In this document: piece after piece, positions 24,766-37,726 of the stretch
Numbering within the stretch: position 1 is the first letter of the stretch
How the letters are laid out: each line of letters begins with the position of its first letter
Assembly (NCBI RefSeq): GCF_963921235.1
Contig: NC_086097.1
Span: forward strand, 207,702,001 to 207,766,000
DNA from: Mobula hypostoma
Taxonomy: Eukaryota
Length of the DNA: 64,000 bases
Direction of reading: 5' to 3'
Made by a program: the position numbers and the translations under genes
The notes under the pieces: model-generated
Databases searched by the model: none
What the model was told of the DNA's origin: nothing
What the model saw: only the letters and a program-made list of their open reading frames with translations

Positions 24766-25713
24766 TTGGTCTTCCTGACCCAATTTTCCCCTGAATATTA
24801 AACTGTACAAAATGGAAGTAATGATTGTAAATATGGATTTGTTAGTATTTCTGAAGAATTTGACTTCTTTTTTATCTCTCCATTTGAACTTAAGCAATGC
24901 GACAGAGCTATTAATCATATCTATTAAATTTATGAAAAGCAGAGCCAGGCAATTATTCAGCACAGTGTGAAAGGAACTTGGTAATTAGGCTGATCATCAT
25001 TGTGACTATTAGGATTTATTCAAAAGGAAATGCATTTAGGTGTTCACTATTCACGAAAAGAATGAAGTCAACATGAAATTATTATTAGCATGGCTGAATA
25101 ATATAAACTAGCGTCCTATATTATGAATCCAACTGATATGATGAGAAGCTGGGAATTAAAGCAGACAACTCTATGTTTTAATCTTGCCAATTCATTAATT
25201 AGATCATATGCAGAATATTGTGTGCAATCTTAAAGTTGAGTTAGAGATAGAGTTTCAAAGAAAAAAAAACTTCCTTTCATGGAGAACATAGCAATTCAAG
25301 TGCTCAAATGATGATGTTTATGGGTGAATTAGATCTGAGCAGCTTATTTAAATTAGACTTTGATCGCAAAATTGAAACCATGAGTAGAATCCTAATACAT
25401 TATTGATGATCTGGTGCTGACCTGGTGCAGATGGCAAAACACTATTTGGAACTCAGAGTTAGAATGTCCTGTGGAAAGAGATGTTCAATTCTAGCCCCAG
25501 TCTATGACACTTCTAGCCATAATAGTGATAGAGGGGTTCAGCAAAGAATTTCCTAAATGTAGGAGGATGTCGGCTACAAACGTAATTGCCAATGGTGGTT
25601 GACTAAAATTGGATATTCTCTGGATGCCAGAACGAAGAGGTATAGATTTCTTTCTGCCATCTCCTACTAGAATCATACATGCAGAAGATGAATACAAGAA
25701 GAGGCCAATAATC

Positions 25714-25846
25714 TCAAACAAGAGAAAATCTGCAGATGCTGGAAATCCAGACAACACACACACAAAGCTGGAGGAACTCAGCAGGCCATCGGCATCTTGG
25801 AAAGGAGTACACTCGACGTTTTGGGACGAAACAATTTGGCAGGACT
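25714..25846 (-). mobile_element. Short PLE tail with degenerate hammerhead motif
   Basis: 'aaatctgcagatgctggaaatcc..ctggaggaactcagcaggcca..tcgacgttttggg..gcaggact'. Confidence 0.65.
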
Positions 25847-27658
25847 CACATGGTTTAATATTAAGGGGATAAAGAACTCATGAGGAGAAACGTTGCAGTT
25901 ATGTCCATCATGTAAGATCAACAATTTATATTTAAGTCATGTGGCCAACACAGTAAAAGTATTGCAAGGAACTTTACAGGAGTGGTATCTAACAAACTTC
26001 GGTATCAATATGCAAAGCAATAGATCCTTGAAGTCAAGAAGGAAAGGTCAAGAAGGAAAAAGAAAGTTTTCTTCTTGCTGCTTCAATTCTTATCTGGAAT
26101 GACTAGATGTCTGAAATACATCCCTATGTTGAAGTTCCCTGTACAGACAAGTAATGATATAAATATAATTCAGAAATATGGAAGATTCATGCTTAAAAGT
26201 AAATGCAAAGAATCACCAATTCAGTGGCAGCAAAATCACCTACAGAATTACTCTATAGTCTTTACAATGTGTCAGTGTGAGGAGATCAAATCACAATTTA
26301 TTCCTCAATGTTGATTAAACCAAATTCCCAGAGTTCTCTGTGGAAAATTGAACCCTGTTCTCCAACAAAGATTGGTATAATTTTTGACCTGAAGCATAAT
26401 AATAATTTAGTAGTAAGGGTGCATTTCAATTCCATATTAGGTTTTTTAAAAAAGCATACACTGGCAGTTTCTGAAGGAAGGCAGTCAAATAAATTGGAAT
26501 AATTGATCTTCAAAATGGAACATCTCAGAAACTCAGTACAAACTGCAGCTTTCAGATAAATACTGAAATCAAGGATGATATTTCAATAAACTCTGTAATT
26601 CAGAATACAGTACAGTACTTGTCTGAAATGTTTCTTTTGTTATCTGTAAGCATCCAGATAATGTAAGTTTACTCAGATAAACAAATGAAGCTTTATTTAT
26701 ACTTCCATCATTTATTGGAATATTTATGGCAACCTCACAAAGCTCCACAGTCAGCTTTAATAGCTGCAAACTTGTGCAAATTATTCATCTGTATTTCAAA
26801 CAGATGCTTCTAAAGGAGGATGAAAAGCTTCCACATTGTCAAAATTAAACAATCAGTTGCAACTTTGACGATTGCATTAACAAACAAATTTCTCCATTAC
26901 AAAGAATTTAAGAATAAATATATTCCATTCCAGCACTCCCACAATACAATGTGGAAGCTTAGTTATTTGTATGGAATTGCTTGGACAACTTCACAAATTT
27001 CAGATGAATCTCAGAGTTGTATTCTGCACATATACTTTGATAATAAACGAGCTTTTGAACCTTTGTAAGTTTACCCTAAATTTTCTGCTGAATTTTGTCT
27101 CCTGCAAATTTATTATTTATTTAAACAGTGATAATAAGATTGAGACCCTTGAATGCAAAAGTAATGCAGCTTACTAAACCTAAAAACTATAGGGAAGATC
27201 CTTTTATTTCCTATCTTACAGCAAGAGAATTGTTAGTTACTATTAAAACACATCAGTAATTTGATTCCCAAACTATGAAAGCATTGATCAAGACTGAGTT
27301 ACATTAAGGTTCAAAACAGTGTCAGTTGTAGAAGCAGATGTGCAAATACAAAAACTGAAAAGCTGGAGAATGAGATATCACCTCATTGTCATGTAAATGA
27401 CTAGCATTGAATGGAATGCTGGCACTTACTTAGCCTAATAAATAACCTAGTACAGTACTTGTCTACTGATGAGGAGAGAAGTGGCTGTCCAGTTGGAAAA
27501 AGAATATGATCATTCTAAATGCTTTCCACAATTTACAGTGTAGAGTTATGTAGTTTTATTTGATTAACACTTATCCATCATAGCTGCTTGCACATTCACT
27601 TAGTGAACAGATTAATCACAAAGATCCAGCACAAAGCATGCAATCATTGTGCTTTACA

Positions 27659-27746
27659 TGCAACACACACAAAGTACTGGAGGAACTCAGCAGGCCAGGC
27701 AGCATCTATGGAAAAGAGTACAGTTCATGGTTTGGGCTGAGACCCT
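27659..27746 (-). mobile_element. Short PLE tail truncated inside ribozyme stem II
   Basis: 'gcaacacacacaaagtactggaggaactcagcaggccaggcagcatctatgg...gctgagaccct'. Confidence 0.65.
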
Positions 27747-27756
27747 CCCAAAACGA

Positions 27757-28220
27757 GGAGGAAATATTATCAGCAATCCGCACAGATTGTGATCTTCCGG
27801 TTAGGAAGTCGAGGATCTAATTGCAGAGGGAGGTACAGAGGCCCAGGTTCTGCAACTTCTCAATCAGGATTGTGGGAACGATGGAATTAAATGCTGAGCT
27901 ATAGTCGATGAACAGCATCCTGATGTAGGTGTTTGTGTTGTCCAGGTGGTCTAAATCCGTGTGGAGAGCCATTGAGATTGCGTCTGCCGTTGACCTATTG
28001 TGGCGACAGGCAAATTGCAATGAGTCCAGGTCCTTGCTGAGGCAGGAGTTCAGTCTAGTCATGACCAACCTCTCATCACTGTCGATGTGAGTGCCACTGG
28101 GCAATGGTCATTAAGGCAGCTCACATTATTCTTCTTAGGCACTGGTATAATTGTTGCCTTTTTGAAATAAGTGGGAACTTTCGCCAGTTGAAAATGTCCT
28201 TGAATACTCCCACTAGTTGT
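27757..28220 (-). mobile_element. Rex1/Babar-type LINE RT fragment
   Basis: ORF 27817..28104 [18 protein letters not shown]...[17 protein letters not shown]. Confidence 0.9.
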
Positions 28221-28279
28221 CTAAAATAAGCCATGCCTGATGACGATGTCATTAAATGTCAAGGCTATATGGTTTGAAC

Positions 28280-28505
28280 TTAGACAATAGGTGCAGGAGT
28301 AGGCCATTTGGCCCTTCGAGCCAGCACTGCCATTCACTGTGATCATGGCTGATCATCCACCATCAGTATCCAGTTCCTGCCTTATCCCCATAACCTTTGA
28401 TTCTGCTATCTTTAAGAGCTCTATCCATCTCTTTCTTGAAAGCATCCAGAGACTTGGCCTCCACAGCCTTCTGGGGCAGAGCATTCCATATATCCACCAC
28501 TCTCT
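28280..28505 (-). mobile_element. CR1 3' tail
   Basis: 'aggagtaggccatttggcccttcgagcc..catggctgatc' typical CR1 3' UTR. Confidence 0.7.
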
Positions 28506-28596
28506 TATTGGCTTCATACTTCTATGTCACAAGTGTTACCTGCACTTATGAGCCAGTGCCTGAATGTTGTCTAAGTCATACAGAATGGGGACATAT

Positions 28597-29780
28597 ACTC
28601 AGTGGCCACTTTATTAGATGGATAGATAGATACTTTATTGATTCCAAAGGAAATTACAGTGTCACAGTAGCATTCATGAGCACAGATATATAAATATTAG
28701 ATGAGAAGTGAGAAAGAATAAAAAATAAGTTATCTCAAACAGTCTAACAGGAGGGGTCATCACTTCCCTGGCGATAAGTTGACCCATTATAGAATCTAAT
28801 GGCTGAGGGTTAGAATGACCTCATATAGTGCTCTTTGGAGCAGCACAGTTGTCTTAGTCTATGACTAAAAGTGCTCCTCTGTACAGCCAAGGTGGAATGC
28901 AGAGGGTAAGAAACATTGTCCAGGATTGCAAGGATTTTCCAGAGGGTCGTTCGCTCTACCACAGCCTCCAGTGTGTTCAGTTTGACTCCTATAACAGAGC
29001 TAGCCTTTCTAATCAGTTTATTGAGCCTATTAGCATCACCCGTGTAATGCCATTGCCCCAGCACACCATAGAAGATTGTAATGGTGACAACAGACTGGTA
29101 AAAAATGTAAAGGAGAGGCCCGCATACTCCAAAATACTGCAGGAGATGACTCTGGCCCTTCTTGTACACAACCTCTCTGTTGGTGCTCCACTCAAGTCTG
29201 TCATGCAGGTGTACCCCCAGCTACTTGTAGGTCCTTACCACATCCACGTCCCCACCATCAATAGTAACAGGGAGCAGTGCAAGCTGTCTTCCCAAAGTCT
29301 ATCACCATCTCTTTTGTCTTACTAATGTTGAGCTGCAGGTTATTCAACTTGCACCATTTGACAAAGACTTCCAACAGGGCCCTGTATTCATCCTCCCATT
29401 ATACACCAAACTATTGCTGAGTCATCACAGTATTTTTGCAGATGACATGACTCAGTGTTGTACCTAAAATCCAAGGTATACAGGGTAAACAGGAAGAGAG
29501 CCAATACAGTCCCCTGTGGGGCACCAGTGTTGCTTATAACCATGTCTGACACACAGCTCTGAAGCCGCACAAACTGGTACTTCTGCTCGTTAATGTAAAT
29601 ATCTAATCAGCCAATTATGTGACAGCAACTTAATATACAAAAACATGCTGCATTGGTCAAGAGGTTCAATTGCTGTTCAGGCCAAATATCAGAATTGGGG
29701 AAGAAATGTGATCCAAGTGACTTTGATTGTGGAATAATTGTTAGTGCCAGACAGGGTGGTATGAGTATTTCAGATACTGT
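28597..29780 (+). mobile_element. Tc1-like element split inside its left TIR by a LINE insertion
   Basis: TIR 'tactcagtggccactttattag' at 28597..28617 resumes as 'gtacttctgctcgttaatg' at ~29577; GKKCDPSDFDCGIIVSARQGGMSISDT follows. Confidence 0.75.
28618..29576 (-). mobile_element. Rex1/Babar-type LINE 3' part
   Basis: ORFs 29388..29570 (NTGAPQGTVLA.FLFTLYT..LQKYCDDSAIV) and 28810..29169; (tatc)n tail at ~28620. Confidence 0.88.
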
Positions 29781-29781
29781 A

Positions 29782-29885
29782 TTTCCCCCTTCCCCAATGA
29801 AGGGTCTCGGCCTGAAATGTCAACTGTTATTCATTTTCATAGATTCCACCTGACCTGCTGAGTTGCTCCAGTATTTTGTGTCCCC
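29782..29885 (+). mobile_element. Short PLE tail
   Basis: 'caatgaagggtctcggcctgaaatgtcaactg..cctgacctgctgagttgctccagtattttgtg'. Confidence 0.65.
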
Positions 29886-29889
29886 TCAT

Positions 29890-30890
29890 ATTGGCTATTT
29901 CTGCCCAGGGAAAGTGTCTCTGGCAGCCCAGTCTATGGCTCTTATCGTCATATACACCTGTATAAAGTCATATTTGTTCCGAAGGGAAAAGACTTAACCC
30001 ATCCTCACATTATATGTTCTCCAATTCAGGCAAATCTTGGTAAATATCCTCTGCACTGTCTTGAAAGCTCCCACATCCTTCCGATAATGAGACAACCCAA
30101 ATTGAACACAATAATCCAGGTGTGGTCTAATCAGGGTTTTATAGAACTGCAGCATTAACTCACAGTGCTTGAATTCAATCCCCCAAATAACGAGGACCAA
30201 CAAACTAGATGCTTTCTTAATAAGCCTATCCACTTGCATGAGAACTTTGAGGGATTCAAGGACACGGAACCCAGATCCATCTGTTCCTCCACACTGCTAA
30301 GAATTCTGCCTTCAAATTCAACTTTCCAAAATGAATCTGTTCATCTTTTCTGGGTTGAACTCCATCTTCCATTATGCTCATAAGTTCCTGCCTAAAAGCA
30401 TCATAATTCCTCCTCTAATTAAATACCTTCCCATACCTTCTGCACATTTCCCTCTCCAAGACTAGGATACAGACAGGGAGTTGTGGTTACTGTCTCCAAC
30501 ATGCTCATCCATGGACAGATCCATCACCTGACCAGCTTCATTACTTAGTACCATATTGAATATGGACTCTCCTCTATATACTACAACAGAAATCCTTCTT
30601 GGACACAACTAACAAATTTGGCTCCATCTATGCCTTTTGCACTAAGGAGACCCCAATTAATATTAGGGAAGTTAATGTTCCCCATGACAGCAACACTGTT
30701 ACTTTTGCGTCTTCCCAAAATCTGCTTCCTGACTGCTCCTTAGTGTCTCTGTTGTTATTGCGGGGGGGGGGGGTCTAAAGAATATTCGCTATAGAGTGAT
30801 TGCTCCCTTCCCGCTTCTGACCTCCACCCACACTGACCCAGTAGGTGATGCTTCCATGATGTCCTCCTTTTCTACAGCTGTGATAATGAG
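29890..30890 (-). mobile_element. Degraded CR1 (RT end plus APE fragment)
   Basis: ORF 29994..30239 (RPHLDYCVQF); minus-strand VMGNINFPNINW APE motif near 30650..30700. Confidence 0.65.
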
Positions 30891-30899
30891 ATCCTCTAT

Positions 30900-31430
30900 T
30901 TGAACAAGTGGCAATATCTCGGTAGGTCATCTAAAAATCAAAGAACTGGAGTAAGTCTTGAGCCAGAGTGGATAAAAATGGTAGATTCCTTCCCCTGAAT
31001 GATATTTTAATAAGCTGGAAAGGACACATATGAAAGTTGCTGGGTCTGTCAGATTTGAGTTATAAGGAGATGGGCAGGAACATTTTTCCTTGGAGCACAG
31101 GAAGTTGGGCATGACCTTATTTAAAATCATGTAGGGGATGTGTAGATAAGGTGGATAGTCACAGGAGGTTGTAGAGGCAGTTACAATTACGATTACAATA
31201 TTGTTCAGTAAATTTGCAGACTATACCAAGATCAGGAGTGTAGTGGCGAGCAAGGGAGGCTATCAAAGCTTGCAGCAGGATTTGAACCAGCTAGAATGGC
31301 AGATGGAATTTCATGCAGGCAAGTGTGAGGTGTTGCACTTTGGGAGGATAAACCAGGGTAGGACTCACACAGTGAGTAGTAGAGCACTGAGGAGTGTGAT
31401 AGAACAGAGGGATCTGGGAATACAGTCCTA
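30900..31430 (+). mobile_element. CR1 fragments
   Basis: ORF 31201..31452 SKFADYTK..WQMEFHAGKCEVLHFGR..EQRDLG. Confidence 0.7.
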
Positions 31431-31439
31431 TGATTGCCT

Positions 31440-32010
31440 GATTTCAGATTGATGGCAATTGTCTGTCTTGAAGGACAATGTATTTGTAGCACTGGAGTGA
31501 CCTCTCCAGGGCACAAGGCTGGGCAGAAAGTATGGAGATCCTGGAATGCCCAGTTATCAAGACTCAGCCTCACCAGTGTAGTCCAAAGGAATGCGAAACA
31601 ATAAATTTGCCACCAGCTTGGCTGCAGAGGCTGCCGGAAGGATGTTCATTGATGTCCAGCAGCCTTAAGGGCTCTGCTCCAGATTTTCTGTCTGGGTTTA
31701 TTCCCATAGCCTTCATCTCTCCTGAGGCTGCCAGCAAGGCAGTGAGACTATTTACCCATAGCTAGGAATCTGGTTCACGGGCCAGTTGGCCTGCTTGCTT
31801 TGTGTACAGGGGCCAGGCCTCCTCCCCATCCTCCGTAGTTCAGCTTGAGTCCAAAAGGTGGTCAGTTTACTACACGAGGTTTGCTGTTAGAGAGGCTAAG
31901 TACTGGCAGGGAGAGACTTACACATTCAGCTCTCCTTTTTGTGAGACTGCTAGTCAGTTGTGGAAGCTGAAAGCAAGAGCGACAAAGCGCTACCCACTAC
32001 ACTACCACAC
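31440..32010 (-). mobile_element. SINE-like / RTE-related element, diverged relative of 14551..14980
   Basis: Reverse complement has head 'ggtagtgtagtgggtagcgc', block 'cactgccttg..ggagagatgaaggc..ggaataaaccc' and end 'cattgtcc..agacaga'. Confidence 0.5.
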
Positions 32011-32059
32011 TAGGTGTGTCACAACAACCATTTGACACACTACCTAACCAGCAACTAGT

Positions 32060-32900
32060 GTACTTTCACAAACTCAACATTTATAACGTGACATATTGAC
32101 TTGGATGAAGCGACCAAGTGTATTGCTTTGTTGATGATACAAAAGCAGATGGGTTAATGTGTTGTGAAGGGGATCATAAAGAGTCTGCAAAGGGTTATTG
32201 ATAGATTAACTGAAAGACAACAATTTAGCAGGTGGAGCATAATGCAGGAAAATATGAGGCTAAGCACATTGGAAGGCAGAATGATAAAGTAAATTGGTAT
32301 TTACAGACATCCCACCTCTCCTGAAGTTCCGGGAGTCTCCCGCATATTAATAGTGGCTCCCTGATCCCCACAAAGTATATACAATATCACGGAAATCAAT
32401 TTTTTTGAGAGCGAGCGAGAGAAAGCAAGCGAGAGCGCGCGAGCGACCACGAGACAGAGTGAGAGAGAGCGCGCCATGGCAGAGTGTTCCAAAAGAAATA
32501 TAAGCCGTACGTCACCCCCGACTACACTAAAGCGTACCCCTGCCTAATAGGGGTCAAAAATAATGACAGTGTTGCTCGCTGCACTGTTTGCAACAGTGAC
32601 TTTTCTATTGCCCATGGTGGGTTAAGACTGTAAAAGACATGTTGAGGTGAGTTTAACAGGTGTCATTTGTTCATTAGCATAGCTAACGTTATTTAAACTA
32701 GCTGGCCAGCTGCTAAGGAGCTTCTTTATTGCAGACATCCCACCTCTCCCGGAAGTCTCCCGCAAATTGATGGTGCTACCTCCCCGAAATGAGTTTTTGC
32801 TGGGTGGGATGTCTGTATTTAAATGAAGTGAGCCTACAAATGTTGCAGAGCAACGGGACCTAGGGTTTCTGGTAAATGAAATGTAAAAAGTCAGCATGCA
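32060..32900 (+). mobile_element. Old CR1 fragment hosting the hAT-like insertion
   Basis: DDTK, 'aggtggagcataatgcaggaaaatatgagg'; 'cagagcaacgggacctaggg' resumes after 32815. Confidence 0.55.
32304..32815 (+). mobile_element. Non-autonomous hAT-like DNA transposon with 6-bp TSD
   Basis: Perfect 13-bp TIR CAGACATCCCACC / GGTGGGATGTCTG; TATTTA on both flanks; BED-finger-like remnant ARCTVCNSDFSIAHGG..CKRH at ~32575..32645. Confidence 0.8.
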
Positions 32901-33799
32901 GTCAAATTTAAATACTATTCAACCATAAATTAATATAACCAAACAAAACAGCATTCTTCAGGGCCAAGATGCCAAACACATTACCAACAGCACGCATCAC
33001 ACTGCACATAGCACAGAGAAACAAATAGCACACATGATAACAATTTCAGAAAAACATCAGTCACAAAAATAGAAATAACCCAAGTACAGATTCCAGCCTG
33101 CCCACAGAGGCTGTCCCACACCACTTCAGCGTCTCCTCCCTGGTCAGCTGCAATGGACTATCCCGCGACGTGGGACTAGTCCTTGCCACAACTGAAGCAA
33201 TGCAGCTCCCCCATTGTCAGTCTCTGCAATGAACCAGTAAACTGGACTTGTATTATTCTACATTACCAATGTCCAACAGGATGTTGCGATCACAATAAAA
33301 GCATCCAAGACAATTACTCTCACAATGCATCGTCCAATGGTACACATCAAGTGTTGTGACAACACCACAACAATACACAAGTCCAGTTCCATTGCTTTCC
33401 TGCAACTCGCTAATGGGACTGTCCTGCAGATGTACTTAGTAGCCAGCAGTGAGTGACGATCATAAAAAAAAAGACTTAAAAGATGAACACCTTTGATTCA
33501 TCCTGGAGAGCCCACTGTGTCCAAGTGCACCACCATCTTAACAGAGCCACAAAGCTGTCCTTCAAGCCAGAATTTTGCCAGTCACATAAAGGTTTACAGG
33601 ACATACTCATCTACAGTCCTCTTTCCTACCAGCCGAGCTATCGAAGGAAACCAGATACAACAAATAATTAAAACAATTGGAGTATTGCCCTCTATTACAA
33701 ATATTAAGTAATTAAAAGATGAAAGATAAGCCTGCTGATACTCAGCTTAGCCCTAGGCAGTAGGAAGTCATCTGGCCAAACACCACACCCTTCTGTCTC

Positions 33800-34152
33800 A
33801 TTGGATGTGTATAAGATGAGAGGCATTGATCATGTGGATAGTCAGAGGCTTTTTCCCAGGGCTGAAATGGTTGCCACAAGAAGACACAGGTTTAAGGTGC
33901 TGGGGAGTAGGTACAGAGGAGATGTCAGGGGTAAGTTTTTTACTCAGAGGGTGGTGAGTGTGTGGAATGGGCTGCCGGCAACAGTGGTGGAGACGGGTCT
34001 TTTAAGAGACTTTTGGATAGATACATGGAGCTTAGAAAAATAGAGGGCTATACGTAAGCCTAGTAATTTCTAAGGTAGGGACATGTTCAGCACAACTTTG
34101 TGAGCCGAAGGGTGTGTATTGTGCTGTAGGTTTTCTATGTTTCTATATTTCT
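33800..34152 (+). mobile_element. CR1 (HER1-like) 3' end
   Basis: ORF 33801..34043 is homologous to 6108..6398; tail ttctatgtttcta. Confidence 0.9.
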
Positions 34153-35274
34153 AATGAGGAAGTACAATTGTCAAAATAGAGTCTTTTCTTGTTCAATGTC
34201 AGAGCTACAGTTAAGAATAAGTAATTTCTTTTAAATTGAGCACAACACTATAAGGTCAGGAACCCCTGTCAGCTTTCTGCATTGCATTCAATAGAGAAAC
34301 TTGCTCTGCACCAGGTTCAGGTAGATTTCAATCTATTGTTGTAATTTCACTGGGAAGTGGCCAGAGAATCAGCTTTTTGCATTGGTGAGAGTTCTGACAT
34401 TGTCATGTCAAGAAATCAGATATTCTTGATATTCATTAAGAATTATATGCCTTGCAGACCTTATTTTTTAATGTAAAGTGGGGCAACTGAGTTCAATGTA
34501 GTAATTTTTACTGACTAGTATCTCTAGCCTGGACCTGTGCCATTGGGGGCACATCTTGGGTAAGTAGTTCCTATAATTATGGACCAACTAATGGTGCTGA
34601 ATTAGTATCCCAGCTTTTTTTATTCAATGCATTTAATAGATGAGGTGACTCTTCATGATGAAATGGTTACAAGAAAAGAAAACTTGTGATTAAAAAGAAC
34701 ATCAGCCCATCAAAATAGATTAATAACTGAATTGTCAAATGATCATATAAAGTGCTTGGAGAAAGGCGTGGTAATGTCTGTCTAAGAGGGAAGATAATTA
34801 ATTCACTGATAACTCCTGTCAAATAATAACAATGCTGCCAGGGATTGCCATTAAGAAGTTCAAGGCTTGAGGTGCAATTTATGTGTCTGCAAGTTAATTT
34901 TAATGTTTTTGTTTGTTCCCTATTGCATAACCATTCATTTGTGAACCAGGTCAAACTGACAAGTTTTTCCCCAGGTAATTGTAATTTTTATACTCATTTA
35001 ACACTATATGCAAAATTTAGCACTTATGCAATATACAAATTTCAATATGCCTACATGATCTAATCTATTAGAATACTGGTTTAAAAACAGCAATTCAACC
35101 AATTAATGGAGCATGAAAAATAGTTTAAATTATATTAGTAAAATGCAAATTCTTGTTATGTGTTTAACAACATGAAATGATCACGCTCAGGGCAAAAATT
35201 AAACCATGTTTTCTTACTGAAACTAATACAATGCTATCAACTATATTTTACAGTACAGTTATAATTACAATTTC

Positions 35275-35490
35275 CATAAGACCATAAGGCATAAAAGCAG
35301 AATTAGGCCACTTGGCCTATCAAGTCTTTTCTATTCAATCATGACTGATTTAATATCCATCTCAACCCCATTCTCCTGCCTCCTCCCCATAAACTTTGAC
35401 ACCTTACTAATCAAGAACCTATCAACCTTCACTTCAAATATAAGACCACAAGACATAAAAGCAGAATCTGGCCATATGGTCCATTGGATG
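35275..35490 (-). mobile_element. Two short CR1 3' tails
   Basis: 'cataagaccataag..gcagaattaggcca' and 'taagaccacaagacataaaagcagaatctggcca'. Confidence 0.6.
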
Positions 35491-35969
35491 TGCTTTCATT
35501 TTTCCAGTTGTAGGAGCCATGTATCTATTTTCCATCTGCAATGTAGCTTGTGGTGTGTTTATTGTGGTAATCTGTCATATGGGATGCAGTGTGGTAGAAA
35601 TAAATGAGTATAGTTACAAATTCTTATTTTGCTAGTTGTTTAGTCTAGTGGAGAGGGGTTGAGCCATAGAGAATGATATTTTTTGTTGACAGCTAATTGG
35701 GACATTATTGGAATGTTGACTAGATCATTAACGTTGCTTAAATACAATGTCAAAAAAGATGGCTCAGCCTTTCATTGGCTTAGGTTTGTTTTCAAGTAAC
35801 CACGACACCATTTTTACACCTTCCATTTATATAACAAAAATATCCTAATGTATTTCACAATTGTGATGAGGGATCTTCTACTTGAAACATTAACTCTGTT
35901 TCTCATTTCACAGATCCTGCCTGGTTTGCTGAGTGTTTCCAGCATTTTAAAGAAAGAAAAGAAAGGAAA

Positions 35970-36270
35970 ATTAGCTTTACTGGTTACCTGTACATCAAAA
36001 TATATAGTGAAATGCATCGTTTGCATCAACAGCCAACACAGTCCAAGGATTGTGTTGATGGCAAACCACAAAGGTTGCCACACCTCTAGCACCAATGTAG
36101 CATGCCCACAACTCACAAACGTCTTTACAAGGTGGAAGGAAACTGGAGCACCTGGAAGAAACCCAAGTGGTCATGGCAAGAACATGAACTCCTTACTGAG
36201 AGTGGTGGGAATCAAAGCCCATTCTGTGATTACTGGCACTATAAAGCTCTGCAGTAACCGTCATGCTATG
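35970..36270 (-). mobile_element. tRNA-derived V-SINE/HE1-like SINE
   Basis: Conserved core 'ggaaactggagcacctggaagaaaccca..gtca...agaac..aactccttac' and B-box-like 'ggaatcaaagccc' on the reverse strand. Confidence 0.7.
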
Positions 36271-36552
36271 GACCACCCTGTCTGCTACCATGCTGCCTTG
36301 TTCACTACCGTGCTGCCCTGTAACACCAATTTCTGTCATTATATCAGTAATTTTTATAAAGTAGTCCCCAGTGCTGCAACTGTTTGCCACTGAGCTCGAG
36401 GTTTATGCATGCGTGAACATACAGCTCTGGCATTTGAGGTCAAGGTCACATGGAATTTCACAGCTTCTGGATCATTCTATGGAAAAGTAAGACCCTATGA
36501 AAGCTCTGGTGTGAAAAGTCTCATCATCAAAGCAGGTATAACTGACGAACTG

Positions 36553-37726
36553 GGAGAATACATTGATGAAGGTAGAGCAGTGGATGTAGTGTATATGGAT
36601 TTCAGTAAGGCATTTGATAAGGTTCCCCATGCAAGGCTCATTCAGAAAGTAATGAGGCATGGGATCCAAGGAGACCTTGCTTTGTGGATCCAGAATTGGC
36701 TTGACCACAGAAAGCAAAGGCTAGTTGTAGATGGTTCGTATTTTGCATAGAAGTTGGTGACCAGTGGTGTTCTGCAGGGATCTGTTTTGGGATCCCTCAT
36801 CTTTGTGATTTTTATAAATGACGTGCAAGAGAAAGTAAAAGGGTAGATTAGTAAGCCCGATGATGACACAGAAATTGGGGGTGCTGCGGATAGTCTGGAG
36901 GGTTGTCAGAGGTTACAGCAGGACATCGATAGGATGCAGAACCAGGCTGAGAAGTGGCAGATAGAGTTCAACCCAAATGTGTGAAGTGGTTCATTTCAGT
37001 AAGTCAAATTTGAATACAGAATATAATATTAATGGTAAGACTCTTGGCAGTGTGGAGAATCAGTGACATCTTGGAGTCCGTGTCCATAGGACACTCAAAG
37101 CTGCTGTGTAGGTTGACAGTGTTGTTAAGAAGGCGTATGGTGTGTTGGCCTTCAGCAAGTATGGGATGGAGTTCAAGAGCTGTGAGCCATGTTGCAGCTA
37201 TATAAGACCTTGTTCACACCCCACTTGGAGTACTGTGTTCCATTCTGGTCACCTCAATACAGGAAGGATGTGGATACTATAGAGTGCAGAGGAGGTCTAC
37301 AAGGATGTTGCCTGGATTGGGGAGCATACCTTATGAGAATAGGTTGAGTGAACTTTACCTTTTCTCCTCAGAGCGACAGAGGATGAGAGTTGTATAAGAT
37401 TATGAGAGGCATTGATCATGTGGATAGTCAAAGGGATTTCCCCAGGATTGAAATGGCTAACACGAGGGGGCATAGTTTTAAGTTGCTTGGAAGTAGATTC
37501 AGAGATGTTTTGCACACAGAGAGTGGTGAGTGTGTGGAATGCACTGCCGGCGAAGGTGGTAAAGGTGGGTAGAATAGGGTCTTTTAAGAGATTCTTAAGT
37601 AGGTACATGAAGCTCAGAAAAATAGAGGGTGATGCGGTAAGGAAATTCTCGACTAGGTTACATGGTCGGCACAACATTGTGGGCCAAAGGGCCTGGAATG
37701 TGCTGTAGATTTCTATGTTTCTATGT
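36553..37726 (+). mobile_element. CR1 (HER1-like) LINE, 5'-truncated
   Basis: IDEGRAVDVVYMDFSKAFDKVPH through to the tail ttctatgtttctatgt; same subfamily as 6024..7975. Confidence 0.93.

Noticed and set aside
23874..24963. ORFs of 127 and 136 aa on the minus strand as exons
   Set aside because: No recognisable motifs or supported splice structure; they partly overlap old L2/SINE sequence.
35848..36393. 181-aa ORF
   Set aside because: Spans a PLE tail and an antisense SINE; no coherent protein features.
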